A DNA stretch of 64,000 bases from Oculina patagonica (lineage: Eukaryota). The stretch's first letter is position 1, and every line of letters begins with the position of its first letter. A program made the translations under genes and the position numbers. Shown in pieces: positions 44,905-58,236 of this stretch. The DNA lies in the NCBI RefSeq assembly GCF_052425735.1, contig NC_135769.1, positions 17,360,001 through 17,424,000 on the forward strand. Reading direction: 5' to 3'. Under the pieces are notes generated by a model. It had not been told where the DNA came from and did no database searches. It saw only the letters and a program-made list of their open reading frames with translations.

Positions 44905-47812
44905 AAAATTTGCTATTGGTAACTGGAACGTGAGAACCATGCACGCTGCTGGAAAAGCCGTTTAGATCGCCTGGAAGATGAGAAGAGCAAAGATCGAGAT
45001 ATTGGGGGTCAGTAAGAGTAGATGGAATGGATCTGGCAAGACACGACTTATTACTGATGAGACTGTTGTGTACAATGGAAGGGATGATGATGCTTATATG
45101 CAGAGAGTAACCATCATGTCGAGAAACGTAGACGCATCACTCGTCAGTTGGTGTCCAACCAAGAGAGAATCATTAGTACAATATTTAACTCTGAACACAC
45201 CACCAACGATTCAGACGAAACCGACAAAGACAATTGCTACAGAACATTCCGAAGCGGTAGAGAGGGAACACACCACACGAGGAAATGGCAGCCACGGTGT
45301 AGGGGAACGGTACGAGAATGGCGAGAGACTTTAAAAGTTTTGCGCTATGAATGGCTGAGCATTACAGGCGCACACTTTCCACACAAGATGATCCGTAAGC
45401 TGACATGGGTTTCACCAGACAGTAACACCGAGGAACACTGAAATTGACCACACACGCTGATCAACAAGAGGTTCAAATCGTTGGTCCCAAACACCAGAGT
45501 GTACAGAGGGACAGTCATTGCAAATGACCACTAACTGGCGAAGAACACCTTGAAGCTAAAACGGAAGAAAGCACCGAGAAATGAGCAACGATGGACAAAG
45601 TACGACATAGACAACATAAAATGTGGAGATCAAGAGACGCTTCTACATGAAGAAACTGGTATCATGCACTGAAAGTGGATGAACGACAGACAGGTGGACG
45701 GCGACAACATCAAGTCCATGAATGCCATTATGCATAGAGTAAGCATACAATGACACTGAATAGAGGTACTGGGAGTTGAGACCAAGTCAGAGAGGTTAAA
45801 GAAGAGGTACAGGAACGAATACGAAAAGAAGGACAGAGAGGTGAAGAGACAGATCCGGGAAGACAAAAGAGAGTTACCAGAGAACATCGCGCAAGAGGCA
45901 GTGGAAGCTGCAAGGAGTCAGCACATGAAAGCAGTGTATGACTTCACCAAAGTTACTGAGTAATCAGTGAAAGACCAAGACAAAGTGCGCCAGTGAAGGA
46001 CAAAGACGGAAACATGCTCACCAACAAAGAAGACAGGCAGGACCGATAAAAAGAACAATTCAGCAAGGCCCTTAACCGTATGGAGCCAGAAAACCCAATG
46101 ACAGAGGAAGACACAGAAGCATGACATTGCTGACGTCAGGACCGACCCACCTAGGGTTAGGGTTAGGGTTAGAAGCAAGCTGGCTACAGGAACAGGAGAA
46201 GTAAAACAGACGAAATCTTCATATTACGCAACATCATTGAACGTCCTTATACATAAGGGTCTATTATAAGGGGTCTTACAGTTATAAGGGGTCTTGACTA
46301 GGCACATAGGGAAAGCCTCTGGACCATTATGAAGTCAAACAGCATACCGGAGAAGATCATCAGAGTGGTGTAAGCCTTATACAAGAACTTTGAGTGCGCT
46401 GTCATTGATGAAGGCGATGCTACCGATAGTTTCAAGATCAAGACAGGAGTGAAACACACGTGCACATGCCCGGCTTTCTGTTCCTCCTCATCATGCCTCA
46501 TCATTGATGGATCATGGGAAGAACGGTACGAAATGAAAAGAATGGTATCAAGTGGAAATTCAACATTAAACAAGGCGACCTTGATTACGCCAATGACATT
46601 GCATTGATCCCATGAACAGAAACGCAGATCAAGCAGAAGACCAAAGGAGAATGGAGAATGAAGCGGAGAGAGTGGAGAATTAAGAACGTACAGGTCTGAA
46701 GGTGAACATTAAAAAGTGAAAGATCCTCAGAATGAAGGCCAGAAATCAAGATAGCATTACGATGAAAGCAGAGCCAGTGGAGGACGTTGAAAAGTTTCAA
46801 AACTTGAGATCTTTTGTCTCTAACGTCGGAGGTGGGACTGTAGACCTTGGATAACAGACTAGCTGAGGAACATCTAGAACTCAAGCAGTATCACTCACTA
46901 CATCAAATGAGTGAGAGTGTTCAAGACCTTGGTAACGAACGTTTTGATGTATGGCTCCGAGACGAAAAGAGATGAAAAGAAACTAGACGTCTTCCAAACC
47001 AAATGTCTGCTGAGGATACTGAAGATACGATGGCAAGAGCGCATTAGGAACGAGTTCGTACTGGAGAGAGCCGGGATGAAGACCATGGTGGGCGATAAAG
47101 CACGCAAAAGGAGATGGAAGTGTATCAGCCATATCCTATGGGAAGAGACCAACCACGACTGCCTGATAGCCATGACATGGGCCCCTGAGCGGAGAAGGAA
47201 ACGCAGAAGGCCGAAGACCACATGGAGACGAAGCGTTGAGAACGAGAAACAGGCTGGCGGATTGTGAACGTGGTATGAGGTCTGGGCCACAGCCCCACCC
47301 TGTATATTTTTGGGTGGGGGTGTGCCGCTGGGAATTTGAAACCCTTACCCTATACCTGACCATGTTCAGCTGATTTTGCACCCCTATACTAGACTAGACA
47401 GCGAAATTCCCTACCCTATCCCAGACTTACATTTTTTCAGAACTTTGTCACTGTCAGTGTTCTAATGGAAAACGATGTGTCAACAACGATGCTGCGAATA
47501 TTTTATTTACGTTTAGGAAAGCCTCTTTCTCTTCCAAGTTTCTATTCCTATTCTGGACTTAATTCGTCATACCACTGATCACTTTTCCGGCAAATGCTAC
47601 CCATTTGTAGACCAAAACTCTGTGATTTCTATACCCTATTCCAGACTAAACTGCTTGAAAACCATACCCTTCACAGCGGCACATACCTATATAGCTCATA
47701 TATCGGAGTGCCCCCCCCCCCCACGGGGGGGCCACAGCTAGCCATCGATAGGGCAGCGGGGAGACAGAGTGTGGAGGCGTTATGTGCCATTTGGCATGAA
47801 GAGGATAGGTAA
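44905..47812 (+). mobile_element. Decayed RTE-clade LINE (AP endonuclease + RT remnants), interrupted by a MITE-like insert at ~47290..47725
   Basis: IGNWNVRTM at ~44915, ILGVSKSRWNGSG, LTWVSPD, and C-terminal VLMYGSET...FQTKCLLRILKIRW...RPKTTWRR; many stops and frameshifts. Confidence 0.85.
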
Positions 47813-48068
47813 CAGTAAAATCTTAAAATGATTATGAATAAATTGCTCTAAACTACTTTGAAAATGGTCAGAGCTTGTTGTTCTCTGTGTATGCATTGTG
47901 GACCTATTTATGTTTTAGAAACAGGGAGCATTATGGGTCATTCAAAAACCATTCCCATCAATCTTTGCGAAATGACCTAGCGAAAAGTTCGCGTGACCAA
48001 AAGGATAAAAGGCGTTCATACAGGAAAACACCTCTTGAAAAGGTGTCAAAGGTAAATATTTCAAGAAC

Positions 48069-51000
48069 ATGGCTAATAAAACGCCGGATTCGTCAACTGC
48101 AACAAACAAGAAAGGAGAATACGTTCGTCAGCCGACTGCTTTTCGTAACTGGGTGACAGCTGATGGATCGAGCGGCTTCCCAGCCGAAGCAAATCGATAT
48201 CATCTCTATGTGTCGCTTGCCTGTCCCTGGGCACACCGGGCTCTTGTAACACGAAAACTCAAAGGCCTTGAAGACGTTATTTCTTACACTGTGGTCGACT
48301 GGTTCCTTGGTGAAGAAGGATGGTCGTTTACAGATAGCAAGCCGAAATGTACCCTGGACACGTTAAATGGATGTCGAACGCTGAGAGAAGTGTATCAAAT
48401 CGCCGAACCTGGGTATTCTGGCAGGGCAACGGTGCCTGTCTTATGGGACAAGCAAAAGAAGACGGTCGTAAGCAACGAATCCAGTGAGATCATCCGGATA
48501 CTGAACAAGGAATTCAACGCCTTTTGCGCCACTGAAGAACAGAAGAAACTGGATTTGTACCCAGCTCACCTGCAGGAAAAGATCGAAGAGCTCAACGGTT
48601 GGATTTATCCGTGAGTTTAAACTATCTAGCGATCTGGTGATGCTATTAACTTTCAATTGGCTAAATAAATAATATGATTCAGACAGGATATACCCGTCAG
48701 TGTAATGAGCAGACTGGCAAAATAGGGCTGGGTCACGCAGGGCGTGGTAAACCCCAAAGCAAATACTAGAGCGTGCACGATTCACTTGGCATTGTGGGAC
48801 TGACGAGCACGCACATATGGTTTGCTTGGCATTGTGGGCCAAAATTTAGGTGCTTCAAATTGCACATTTGAGGGTCTTTGTTGAGAGCATACCCCCAAAT
48901 CCCCCCCCCCCCCCTCCCCCGCAGAAGCAGCCAGGCCTACAACTGTCCAGAAAGCTGGCTACACCCCTGGCAGGTAAGCCCCTCCGTTTATAAGGCTTCC
49001 CAAAACCCCTTACGAAGTTGTATAAGCCCAGGGCTTATAACCGGAATTTTACACACTGGGCATATATAAGACCTCAAAAGTGCCATGGTACATATAACAT
49101 TTGGAGCTTGCTGTTATATGTACCCCAGCACTTTTGAGGTCTTATATGCCCACTGTGTTACGGTGCTTAAACAGGAAAAAGGACAGTAGAGAAGGAGCAA
49201 AAGGTGATGGGTTTTCACTTTTGGGTTGAGGCAGGATTGGCAGCAGCAGACAGAGTATCTAGGAGGAGAACAATCTTTCTGGTTCTATTCTCCTATATGG
49301 AGAGAAGGAGCTGATGACAAATTATGATTTTTTGACAAAAACTTATAATATCTCACAATATCCCAGGTTTTTAGGGAAATGTTTACTTGTCAAATTATAA
49401 TCCTGACATTCTTTTTATCTAGAAATATCAACAATGGTGTTTACCGTGCAGGATTTGCCACAACACAGGAGGCATATGATGTCGCTGTGAAGGATCTCTT
49501 CAATGCCCTTGATAAGGTACAAGAAAGTATTATTTATTAATCTTCCAAATTTCCCATTTAAACTGTAACATAAAATTTATAGTGTGCCACTGGTCTTTAA
49601 AATTAAGCATAATCACCTATTTTTTTGGCTATACAGTATACTCCAGAATAAAACTATATACTATGGTACACAAAATAAGCTTATAATGTACGTACCTTAT
49701 TCCATTGGGAGAGGGGGACAGGCCAGGGGGATCTGAATTTCCTACTTCCCACACCTTTTACTCCCAGTTTTAGTAGTTCCCATCTCTTAGTGTTTTTCAG
49801 TTGCAAAATATTTTGCAATGTTGCAAAAACTTTTCCAAGATCCCACCATCCTGGGAAATTTCTCTTCTCCTGCCCTCCATACAGTTCCTGCCCCCTTTCC
49901 TTCATGGTTTCCACCCCCTATCTCCCCCACCCCCACAGACCAGACCTCTTCACCCCATATCTTTCCTTTTTTTACATACAAGCTGTTATGGACTTTTCAA
50001 GTCACAGCGGTCATTTTGTCACCTTGAAGATACAAGTGTCAAAAGCCAGTAGTTAAGATCTAGGGGCGTGAACCAAGTAACTGTCCTCTCACACCTTAGG
50101 GAAAAAAATTTTCACCTTTAAATTTGGTCCAGCTGAGTCTTTTAAGCAACAAATTAAAAGGCCCTCTTTACTTTGCTCTTCCCCCTTTGGGCTTATATTG
50201 ACCCATTACTGTTTGCACCCCCACCTAGAAATTCAAATTTTCAATAAATATCCACTTGTCTAATAAATCCCCTCCCCTCTGCCCCAATGGCTGCATGCCA
50301 GATGTTGCACATTTTCGGCTCAAATAGGGCAATTGTGAGGTAAGGAGGAAAAAAAACGATGGCATGCTCGACCAGAATTAAAATTCAAAAATTATGAACC
50401 AGTGAAAAAGTCATGGACTTCAACTATCTGGATTAAGAAAGGGTATAAAATGTCATTTTATGGGCTATTTAATAATACAGTCTGACCTCTATTAAGCGGC
50501 CACCCTTGGGACTTTGGAAAGTGGCCGCTTAATAGAGGTTGGCCGCTTAATAGAGGTAAAATATAAATTGGATAGGAATGGCAGTAAACATGATTTTATT
50601 GACTCTATATAGCAAAACGCTTTTAAAAAGTGAACATATATAAAGATAAATCCAAAATTCATTGTAACAAAACATCAAGTGCATTTCCAGCCCATGCATA
50701 GTACTAGCTCTAACACAGAGGGCACGTAGCCCGGGGGGGGACTCGCATATGAAAGTGACGGGGATGCTCGTCGTCTCGCTTAGGGGTGTAAATTTCGGAC
50801 TTTTGGTCTCGCTTAGGGTGTTCCGGGGAAAAAATGCCCAAAACGCCAATATTTTTAGCCATAATGGTCTCGTTTAGGGTTACACACGAAGAAATATACA
50901 AATATAAACTCCATTCTTAGTTTTTTGGTATCTTTTAGGGGTCAAGAAAGGCTTGAGCCACACCCAGATTGGTCTCTTTTAGGGGTTCTTTTCAAAATTT

Positions 51001-51426
51001 CCGACGAGCATCCCCGTCCGTTTCATATGGGAGTCCCCCCCCCCGGGCACGTAGTTGAAATGTACAGTATTTCTTTGGCTTGATAATGTCAGAAAAATAT
51101 GCAAAACATCGATGACAAGTTTCTTAGGCCTTTTTGCATTAACAGCTAGTATGTGCAAAAATTTAGCTCAATATATTTTACGGACAATTTATTTAATTAT
51201 CATCTGTCACCATGCATTTCGCGTGGTAAGATAATTTGCTGGCCGCTTAATGGAGGTAAAAAACAATATAAATAATACACTTGCGATAGCAAAAAGGTGG
51301 CCGCGGCCGCTTAATAGAGGTGGCCATTGAATAGAGGTATCAAATACAGCAGTTTACTAACAAATAAGTCGGGACTTTGGAAAGTGGCCGCTTAATGGAG
51401 GGTGGCCGCTTAATAGAGGTCGGACT

Positions 51427-51484
<58 letters not shown>

Positions 51485-54400
51485 TTTTTATAGCACCTAT
51501 CCAGGCCTGCTTTAGGCACTTTACAAATATGTTTAAAAATTAATAAAAAAAAACATCACTAAAATCACAATATAATAAAATCAATAAAAATTCGTTAAAA
51601 TTAGCTGAATAAATCTTAACAATTAAAAATGTGCATTAAAAGTAATAAAAAGTAAAAATCGCTAAGAATTTTAAGTAATTATTTAAAAAGATAAGTTTGA
51701 GTTTTGATTTAAAAGAACTTAAATTGTCATACGAGCAGATAAAAACAGGCAAACTGTTCCAGAGTTCAGGCGAGGAAACAGCAAAAGCTCGAGACCCATA
51801 CGACTTGAGGTTATTGGTAAAATATTTTTTTCTCATTGTTTAACTGATCACAGGTAGAATCTATCTTGTCTAAATCACGTTTCTTGACTGGTGACACCAT
51901 CACAGAGGCTGACGTTCGTCTCTTCACCTCCCTTGTTAGATTTGATATGGTTTATGTTGGACACTTCAAGGTAACGATAAAATACCAACTGAAGGTTATT
52001 TTAGATATAAAGGGGAATAGCCATGAGATGTGCACTTTTGAACCACAGGTGTTTCCTTGTTGCTGCCTCCAGTCCTTCATTTGAATTTCAAAAGAGCATG
52101 ATTCAAGCCTTTTCAAGGTTTTCAAGGTTTCCGACTGCATTGATGTCATGTATTATCGGCATGCATGCATTAAAAATGGCAGCTTTGCCTTCATGCCTGC
52201 AGGAGCTCACCAGACAGATAAATTATCATTTTCTCATCAAAGAATGGTTATGGACCCCCTCTATTGTCCGACACCCCTCATAAGCAGACACTTCAAGCTA
52301 GTGCAGTGCTCGAAATTAACTTTTAGGTCTGGTCTTCCACAGGACGAGTAGGCTTAGAATTTACTGGTCCCAGGAGCAAAGCTACTTGTCACTCGTTACA
52401 TTTTTTCCACGTGTATTAAATGCAATAAGTAATTTGCGCCTTCAGGTAAATACACGCCAAACCATGATCAAATTATTAAACACAACCATATAATTTGCAT
52501 TTTTTTAGTAATTAAGCTTTCGTATTACAACAATTTCTCCGTTACACGTAAGAGCTGCAACATATATGCATCATTTGGCCGCGTGTGCCTTTAAGCAGTT
52601 TGAAAGTTATTTGTTCCGATCGTCAGGGAATATTGCGTGTTTTTTCTATTTAAAAATTCCCTGCAAAACTTGCAAAACATTAAGTTTTCTCTTTCATCAA
52701 ACTGGAGCCATTTGTACCTTTCTTCCCACGATTCCCGAAACTTCCGAGTTTTTTTGGTCGTAGCTGCAGCAGGCATTGAAGGTGTTATATGATTTCTTGA
52801 TTTTGCTTTTCTATAAATTAAGAAAGAACTGTGAACTTTGAACTTGTTTCGTTTGGACATTTCAACAAATTCTATTTTGGAAGAAAATATAGATGCAACC
52901 GAAATCTATCATGTTGAGCAAAACGAAAAGCCGCCATATTGCACCCCACGATGCATTTCATTTCGAGTAGAACCCAGACTTTTACCTGCCAAGAGAACGA
53001 CTAGCATTTTTTTGCTCGTCGTTTCGAAACATTCGTTTTCGGAAATTCTTCGTTTGCTTCGACACTTTTGGTCAGTTTTAGTACGATACAAAAGCAATTA
53101 TTTATCGGAGAACTGTAACCTTACTCGTCCAGAGGACTAGTGGCAAAAAAAGCTACTCGTTTTGGGCAATTTTCACTCGTTTTAGACGAGTGGACGACCG
53201 TTAAGTTCGAGCACTGTAGTGGGTCTTGATGACTACTTGATGGCCAGTTTTCAGTTATTTATCAATTATCAGCTAAACTTTTACCCATGTTTCAATTACC
53301 ACTTTCATTGAACGGATCTTATAATGCAGTAGACAGTTCAAAAAATTGTCATTTCTCAGCTAACAGTTAAATTTTGGCTAATTCTTGGCTATCAGTTTAT
53401 AATACTACAGTCACAACTTTGCTCATAGAGCCTTTGATTCTCTTGTGATATTACTTTACTTGCAGTGTAACAAAAAGCGTATTATTGACTATCCAAACAT
53501 GTGGGGATTTGTTCGGGATCTGTACCAGACAGGTGGGATTGCCGAAACTGTGGACCCTGAACACATTCAAAAGTGTTATCAGGTGAGTCAGTAAAAGGTT
53601 AAGGTAAAGCCTGCTGTCGAGCCTAGTGGCTCATCAGGCCGGAGCTTATCCCGGTTTCTGTAGCATTAAGCGGCTAGGAGTACTTCTACTCTTCCCTGGA
53701 TGGGATGCTAGTCCATTGCAGGGTTTCCCCCTAGCAGTAAATTCACCGGTACCCATTAATACACCTGGGTGGAGACTGAGGCACTATGAGAGTAAAGTGT
53801 CTTGCCTAAGAACACAACACAGTGCCCCGGCCAGGTCTCGAACCCAGACCGCTTGATCCAGAGTCCAGCACACTAACCATTAGGCCACCCTGCCTCCCAG
53901 TAGTGAGGTGAGTCAGTACTAGTCATGATAAGCATCTGATTTCTCCATAATCATAATGGAGTTATTAATCTATTATGGGGGAGGCAGGCTTAAAATAGGA
54001 CTGCACTAGACTACAGATGGATTGATTTTGGTTTAAGCCCTGGCTGGAGTCATTAGCAAGGTTCTTTCTCTCACATTGCCTCTCCCACCCAGGTGTTTAT
54101 ATTGGTACTGGCAAATTTCATACTGAGGGACAGCCCTTAAGCATCCCATCCAGGGTGGAGTAGAAATTAACCCTAGTCATTTAATGCTAGTGACCTGGGA
54201 TAAGCTCTGGCAAGATTGGACATTTTGTCGTGATGCAGACTTGGTTTTACCTTATTAATCTGTTACACAGATATTTTTTTTGGCATTCAGATGCATGCAG
54301 CGTGAAAAATGAAACTGATCAACCAAGGCAATAATCTTTGCTATTAAAGCAGTGTCCCTTATGCTAGTTTGAATTACTTAGTATTATAATAAAGAACAGC

Positions 54401-55208
54401 ATTAAGTTTCTGCTTAGGTCTGACTGGCATGTAACTTAGTGAGTATATAAGGGAGGCATGGTGGTGAAATGGAAAGAACATTGAAAAAAAAGAGTCTGGG
54501 TTTTGAGCCCTGGTGACGCCCTGGCTGGGGTCACTGTGTTGTGTAGGACAAAGAACTAATTGCCCTCACATTGCATATCTTATCCCCACCCAGGTGAATA
54601 AATGGGTACTGACAAATTATTGGGGCAACCTGACAGAATGTTGGGGCCGGAGTAACCTGCAATGGACTAGTATCCCATTCAGGGACATAGCAATAGCAAA
54701 GCGCGCAAGGTCTAAAAATAGAATACAAATGAATATAACCACCACAAGGCTAAAAAAATATCAGCATGTTCTGAGAGAAATAGAAGGAATCTAGGCGAAG
54801 TTTTCGTTTTATAAAAGTGTTTAAGGAATATTGGCTGCTTTAGAAAGTGTTTTAAGATAATTGTCAGCCATTTCGTTTTGCTTGTCTGAGTCTTGTCTGA
54901 GTCGTGACGTCACTTGTGCGCTTCGCTATTAATACTCAGTTCCTTTGGTGGCAATCACACAACCTATTCGCTTTAGTGTAAGGCAGTGGGTTGTATTCTG
55001 GTTTGATGATGTAGTGTACGATGTATAGACTGTGTTGTCGACACAACTTCTATTTTCTTAGAAAATAGTCAGTTCTGAAACATTAGCAAAATACTTTGAC
55101 TTACTAGATCTTTGTTCATTGCAGGAAAGTCAAAAGAAGATTAATCCATATGGTATTGTGGCTATTGGCCCAGACTTGGACTTCACCCTACCTCATGGCC
55201 GACAGTAA
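48069..55208 (+). CDS. Glutathionyl-hydroquinone reductase (GST Xi/omega-like; YqjG/ECM4 family), paralog 1, 5 exons, 317 aa
   Basis: Exons 48069..48610, 49423..49516, 51854..51970, 53466..53582, 55125..55208 (954 nt, GT-AG, in frame). Motifs [70 protein letters not shown]. Confidence 0.93.
50478..51427. mobile_element. Tc1/mariner (pogo-like) MITE
   Basis: TA-CAGTCTGACCTCTATTAAGCGGCCACC ... GGTGGCCGCTTAATAGAGGTCGGACTG-TA; internal GGCCGCTTAATAGAGG repeats. Confidence 0.85.
50730..51047. mobile_element. CCCGGGG-terminated MITE nested in the mariner-type MITE
   Basis: [28 protein letters not shown] / TTTCATATGGGAGTCCCCCCCCCCGGG; flanking duplication CACGTAG; same family at 57087..57351. Confidence 0.8.
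51430..51810 (-). mobile_element. 3' fragment of CR1/L2-group LINE, same family as 44000..44440
   Basis: [21 protein letters not shown]...SFKSKLK, a shared 3' UTR and an (AAT)n tract. Confidence 0.8.
52304..53216 (-). mobile_element. Internally deleted hAT-like DNA transposon with 5-bp TSD and TTF-type zinc-finger remnant
   Basis: TIR CAGTGCTCGAAATTAAC / GTTAAGTTCGAGCACTG; TSD TAGTG; ORF 52591..52860 [28 protein letters not shown] resembles the ZnF_TTF N-terminus of hAT/ZNF862-like transposases. Confidence 0.8.
53594..53905 (-). mobile_element. Full-length tRNA-derived SINE inserted at the exon 4 splice donor of GHR paralog 1
   Basis: Minus-strand head GGGAGGCAGGGTGGCCTAATGGTTAG...GGGTTCGAGACC; 13-bp TSD AGGTGAGTCAGTA at 53581..53593 and 53906..53918; empty site in paralog 2 (~61479). 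Confidence 0.85.
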
Positions 55209-56645
55209 AGATCTAATCTTGTACAATCTAATCTTATATGTTTTCATTTAGTTTTCACTATGTATGGGCATGTGTTCTTGAGAATATATCTATATATGAG
55301 GCCTTCCAAGGGGGTTACTGATGTCGCTTTTTCGTTCGTTTCCAACCCACCTGTCGCCAATTTGGTGAGGGAAATGTTGTCGCTGTCATAAATATATTCC
55401 CTTTCATTGCTAGTTTCTGTCGGCTTATGGTGCTCTGGAACAAGATTGTCGTTACATTTTTAGCTATTTTGAAACAATGTTGCCTGTCGCCAAAACCCCT
55501 GGCCGGGGAAGGTCTCATATATGTTACAAGTATAGTTATTGGTATAATTAATATGTAAGTTTTTGTTTTCAAACTATATACCAGATATACACATTGTCAA
55601 AAAATTGTATTTTTCTGACCAACTAGATTGGGTGGGGTGCCCATCTACCAACTTTGGTGAAACATTATTACATGTATAGATAACATTTGAAGCTTTTGTT
55701 TTTTTGGTACGAATAAAACAATTGTTGTTGTCGTTGTTGCAAAATAGAATTTGACGGTACAACTTACAAAGTTGTTTTTACCTTTTTTACACAACTGTTT
55801 TTAAACTTTCGTGTACAAAATTATTCATGTACGTAAAGAATATTATTAATAAACTATGAAAGAGGGAAAAGGAGCCTGCTAATCTTAATTAACATTGTTT
55901 CATTGAATTCCCGGACATCGGTAGTCTAGTCACAGAAGTTGTAATAAATCTGCGAAATTGAAGATAAAAACATGCCAAAGCACTTGTATCCCTTTTCATC
56001 CCGCAAGAGGCTCATTTTTGCAAAACTTGTTAACCTTGGAAAAAAAATGCTTGATAAAAGATAAGGAATAAGTTTTGAAGCGTTTGCCTCATCAATGGCA
56101 AGTGTACCTTTGAACCAACTTTGCCAGATCTGGTAGCCTTATCGCGTCTTCCACGAGGAAAAAGAACGCGCTTTGCGTTTCTCTTGCGCGCCCACCCGGT
56201 GAGCCTGCCCGCATGCTCGAATGGTTCGGTTTATGTTCTTGAGCAAGACACTGTTTTTAATTTCGAAGTGCCCGACGAACTGTTAGAATAGGGGGTAACT
56301 AGGTTTGAAAGCTTCCCATCCAGAGGGATCCGGGTTATGGTGCGGCGATGTCGACCACGTCAGCCCGTCAGTGCTAACTATGCTTTAGGCCACTCTTAGG
56401 CATGTCTCATAAAGGGACTTGGATTTCTTTTTGCCCCTCGTAAGGCAAAGGGCTTCCACCATAACTCCCCACCGGACTTTGTACTTTGCAATCTGTTCAG
56501 CTTCACCCTACGTCTTTATCCCGATATTCTTCTTTTCTTTCATCACTGTACGTCTCCAAGACTGTTTTAGTCTTCCGTGTTTCCTTTTTCCCTGAGGATT
56601 TCATTTCATCGCCATTCTGGTCCTTCCTAAACGATGGCCAATCCA

Positions 56646-56826
56646 GAGGGTAGCAAAGGGTGGGTCGTGAACCTGTTTCACGCACAAATTTTCACAAAAT
56701 TCACATGTCACGCATGACTTCAAACAGCAGAATTCACAAATCACGCGTCTTTTCTAGCTATTTGCACGCGTCACGGTCTAACTTTTGCCCTTTACACGAG
56801 TCACGCATTAACCCTTTGCTACCCTC
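56646..56826. mobile_element. Small MITE inserted in a degraded minus-strand LINE remnant (~56420..57050)
   Basis: TIR GAGGGTAGCAAAGGGT / ACCCTTTGCTACCCTC; flanking AATCCA duplicated; internal TCACG repeats. Confidence 0.65.
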
Positions 56827-57086
56827 AATCCATTTCCACTTCCTTCGTTTTATCGTGATTGCTACATCTCCCTGTCCAGTTCTTACAGATCCTCGTTCGT
56901 GATGACATTTGGCCAAAAGATGCCGAGTATCTTGCAGAGTCTTTTATTCACAAACGTATGCACTTTGGAAAGCAGAGTTTTGGTTAGTTGCCAGGTTTAC
57001 GACCCGCATAGAAGTAATGATTTGACGTTAGAGTTGAATATCCTCAACTTCAGCTAACTTCGTCTTGAGGGGAAGGGCTCTTGCTT

Positions 57087-57351
57087 CCCTGGGGGGGACT
57101 CGCATATAAAAAAGACGGGGACGCTCGTCGTCTCGCTTAGGGGTGTAAATTTCGGATTTTTGGTTTCGCTTAGGGTGTTCTGGGCAAAACGCCAATATTT
57201 TAAGCCGTCAAGGTCTCGTTTAGAGCTGCACATGAAGAAATATAGGGGTTAAAGAAAAGCTAGAGCCACGCCCAGATTGGTCTCTTTTAGGGGTTCTTTT
57301 CAAAATTTCCGACGAACATCTCCGTCCACTTCATATAAGAGTCCCCCCGGG
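57087..57351. mobile_element. CCCGGGG-terminated MITE
   Basis: Highly similar to 50730..51047; flanking duplication TCTTGCTT. Confidence 0.8.
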
Positions 57352-58236
57352 TCTTGCTTTCCCTGAGACCCCCCTGAGGCATGCTGGCTGTGCTTTCCTA
57401 ATACATACGTGTAATGTTTTCTTCTTCTGTTCCTCCTGACATGCTCACAATGATTACAAGGTAAGTGAAGTTTTCTGTCTGTTGATATCCTCACTCCCAA
57501 CGTCGAGAGGGTTGCCATCTCTAACCTGGATTCTTATTTCTCGGGTTTTCCCAGACTCTGGAGTGCTACCATCTTCTCCCGCATGTGTTAAACTTATGAC
57601 TTAGAAGGAAGACATCGTCGTCGAAGTCTAGGTATTCTAACTTAAGTGTTAGAGTCCACTGCATACCAGTTCTTTCTGTTTCGTAAACTTGTCTGGTAAC
57701 CCAGTCTAGGACCAGCAAGGAAAGATTTTGCGGAAGCAGGCACCCTTGGCTTACTCTGGAAAAGGGAAGTAGGAATCCCTAAAAAAAGATTGGGTTTAAT
57801 GTATCATTAAATTCTTATTATATTGCCGTAGTGGTAAAACCTTAAAATAGCTATCACAAATTTGCTTTGAATTGCTTGAAAAATGGTCAAAAATCTACAA
57901 TTTGAGCTCGCTTGCTGTTCCTTGCACGGGCACAGAGGGAGTGTCCGCTTAAAATTTACTGTAGTGGTGTTTGGTTCATTTTTTTTTTTTGGGGGGAAAA
58001 AGCCGGGGGTTAAAGGGGCGACGAGGGAGGAAGGAAGAAAAAAAAAAAAAAAGAAGGGGGGGGAAAAGGGAAAAATGTATGCATTGTAGACCTACTTTTT
58101 TGGATACGGGGAGCATTGTGGGTAATTCGAGAACCATTCCCACCAATCCTTGCGAACATGACTTAGCGAAAAACAAGTTCGCGTGACACTATCGTTCGGG
58201 AAAACACCTTGAATAAAGGGATATAATTTCAAAAAC

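Noticed and set aside
46152-46172. (TTAGGG)3 as evidence of a chromosome end or fusion
   Set aside because: Very short and embedded in a decayed LINE; similar short tracts occur inside MITEs here.
53820-53900. tRNA gene
   Set aside because: The A/B-box head continues into a SINE body bounded by TSDs, and several degenerate copies occur (39001, ~54451, ~61560, ~63437); not a functional tRNA.
57883-58186. Lys/Gly-rich ORFs upstream of GHR paralog 2
   Set aside because: Run-dominated sequence with the same error-like signature; no domain features.
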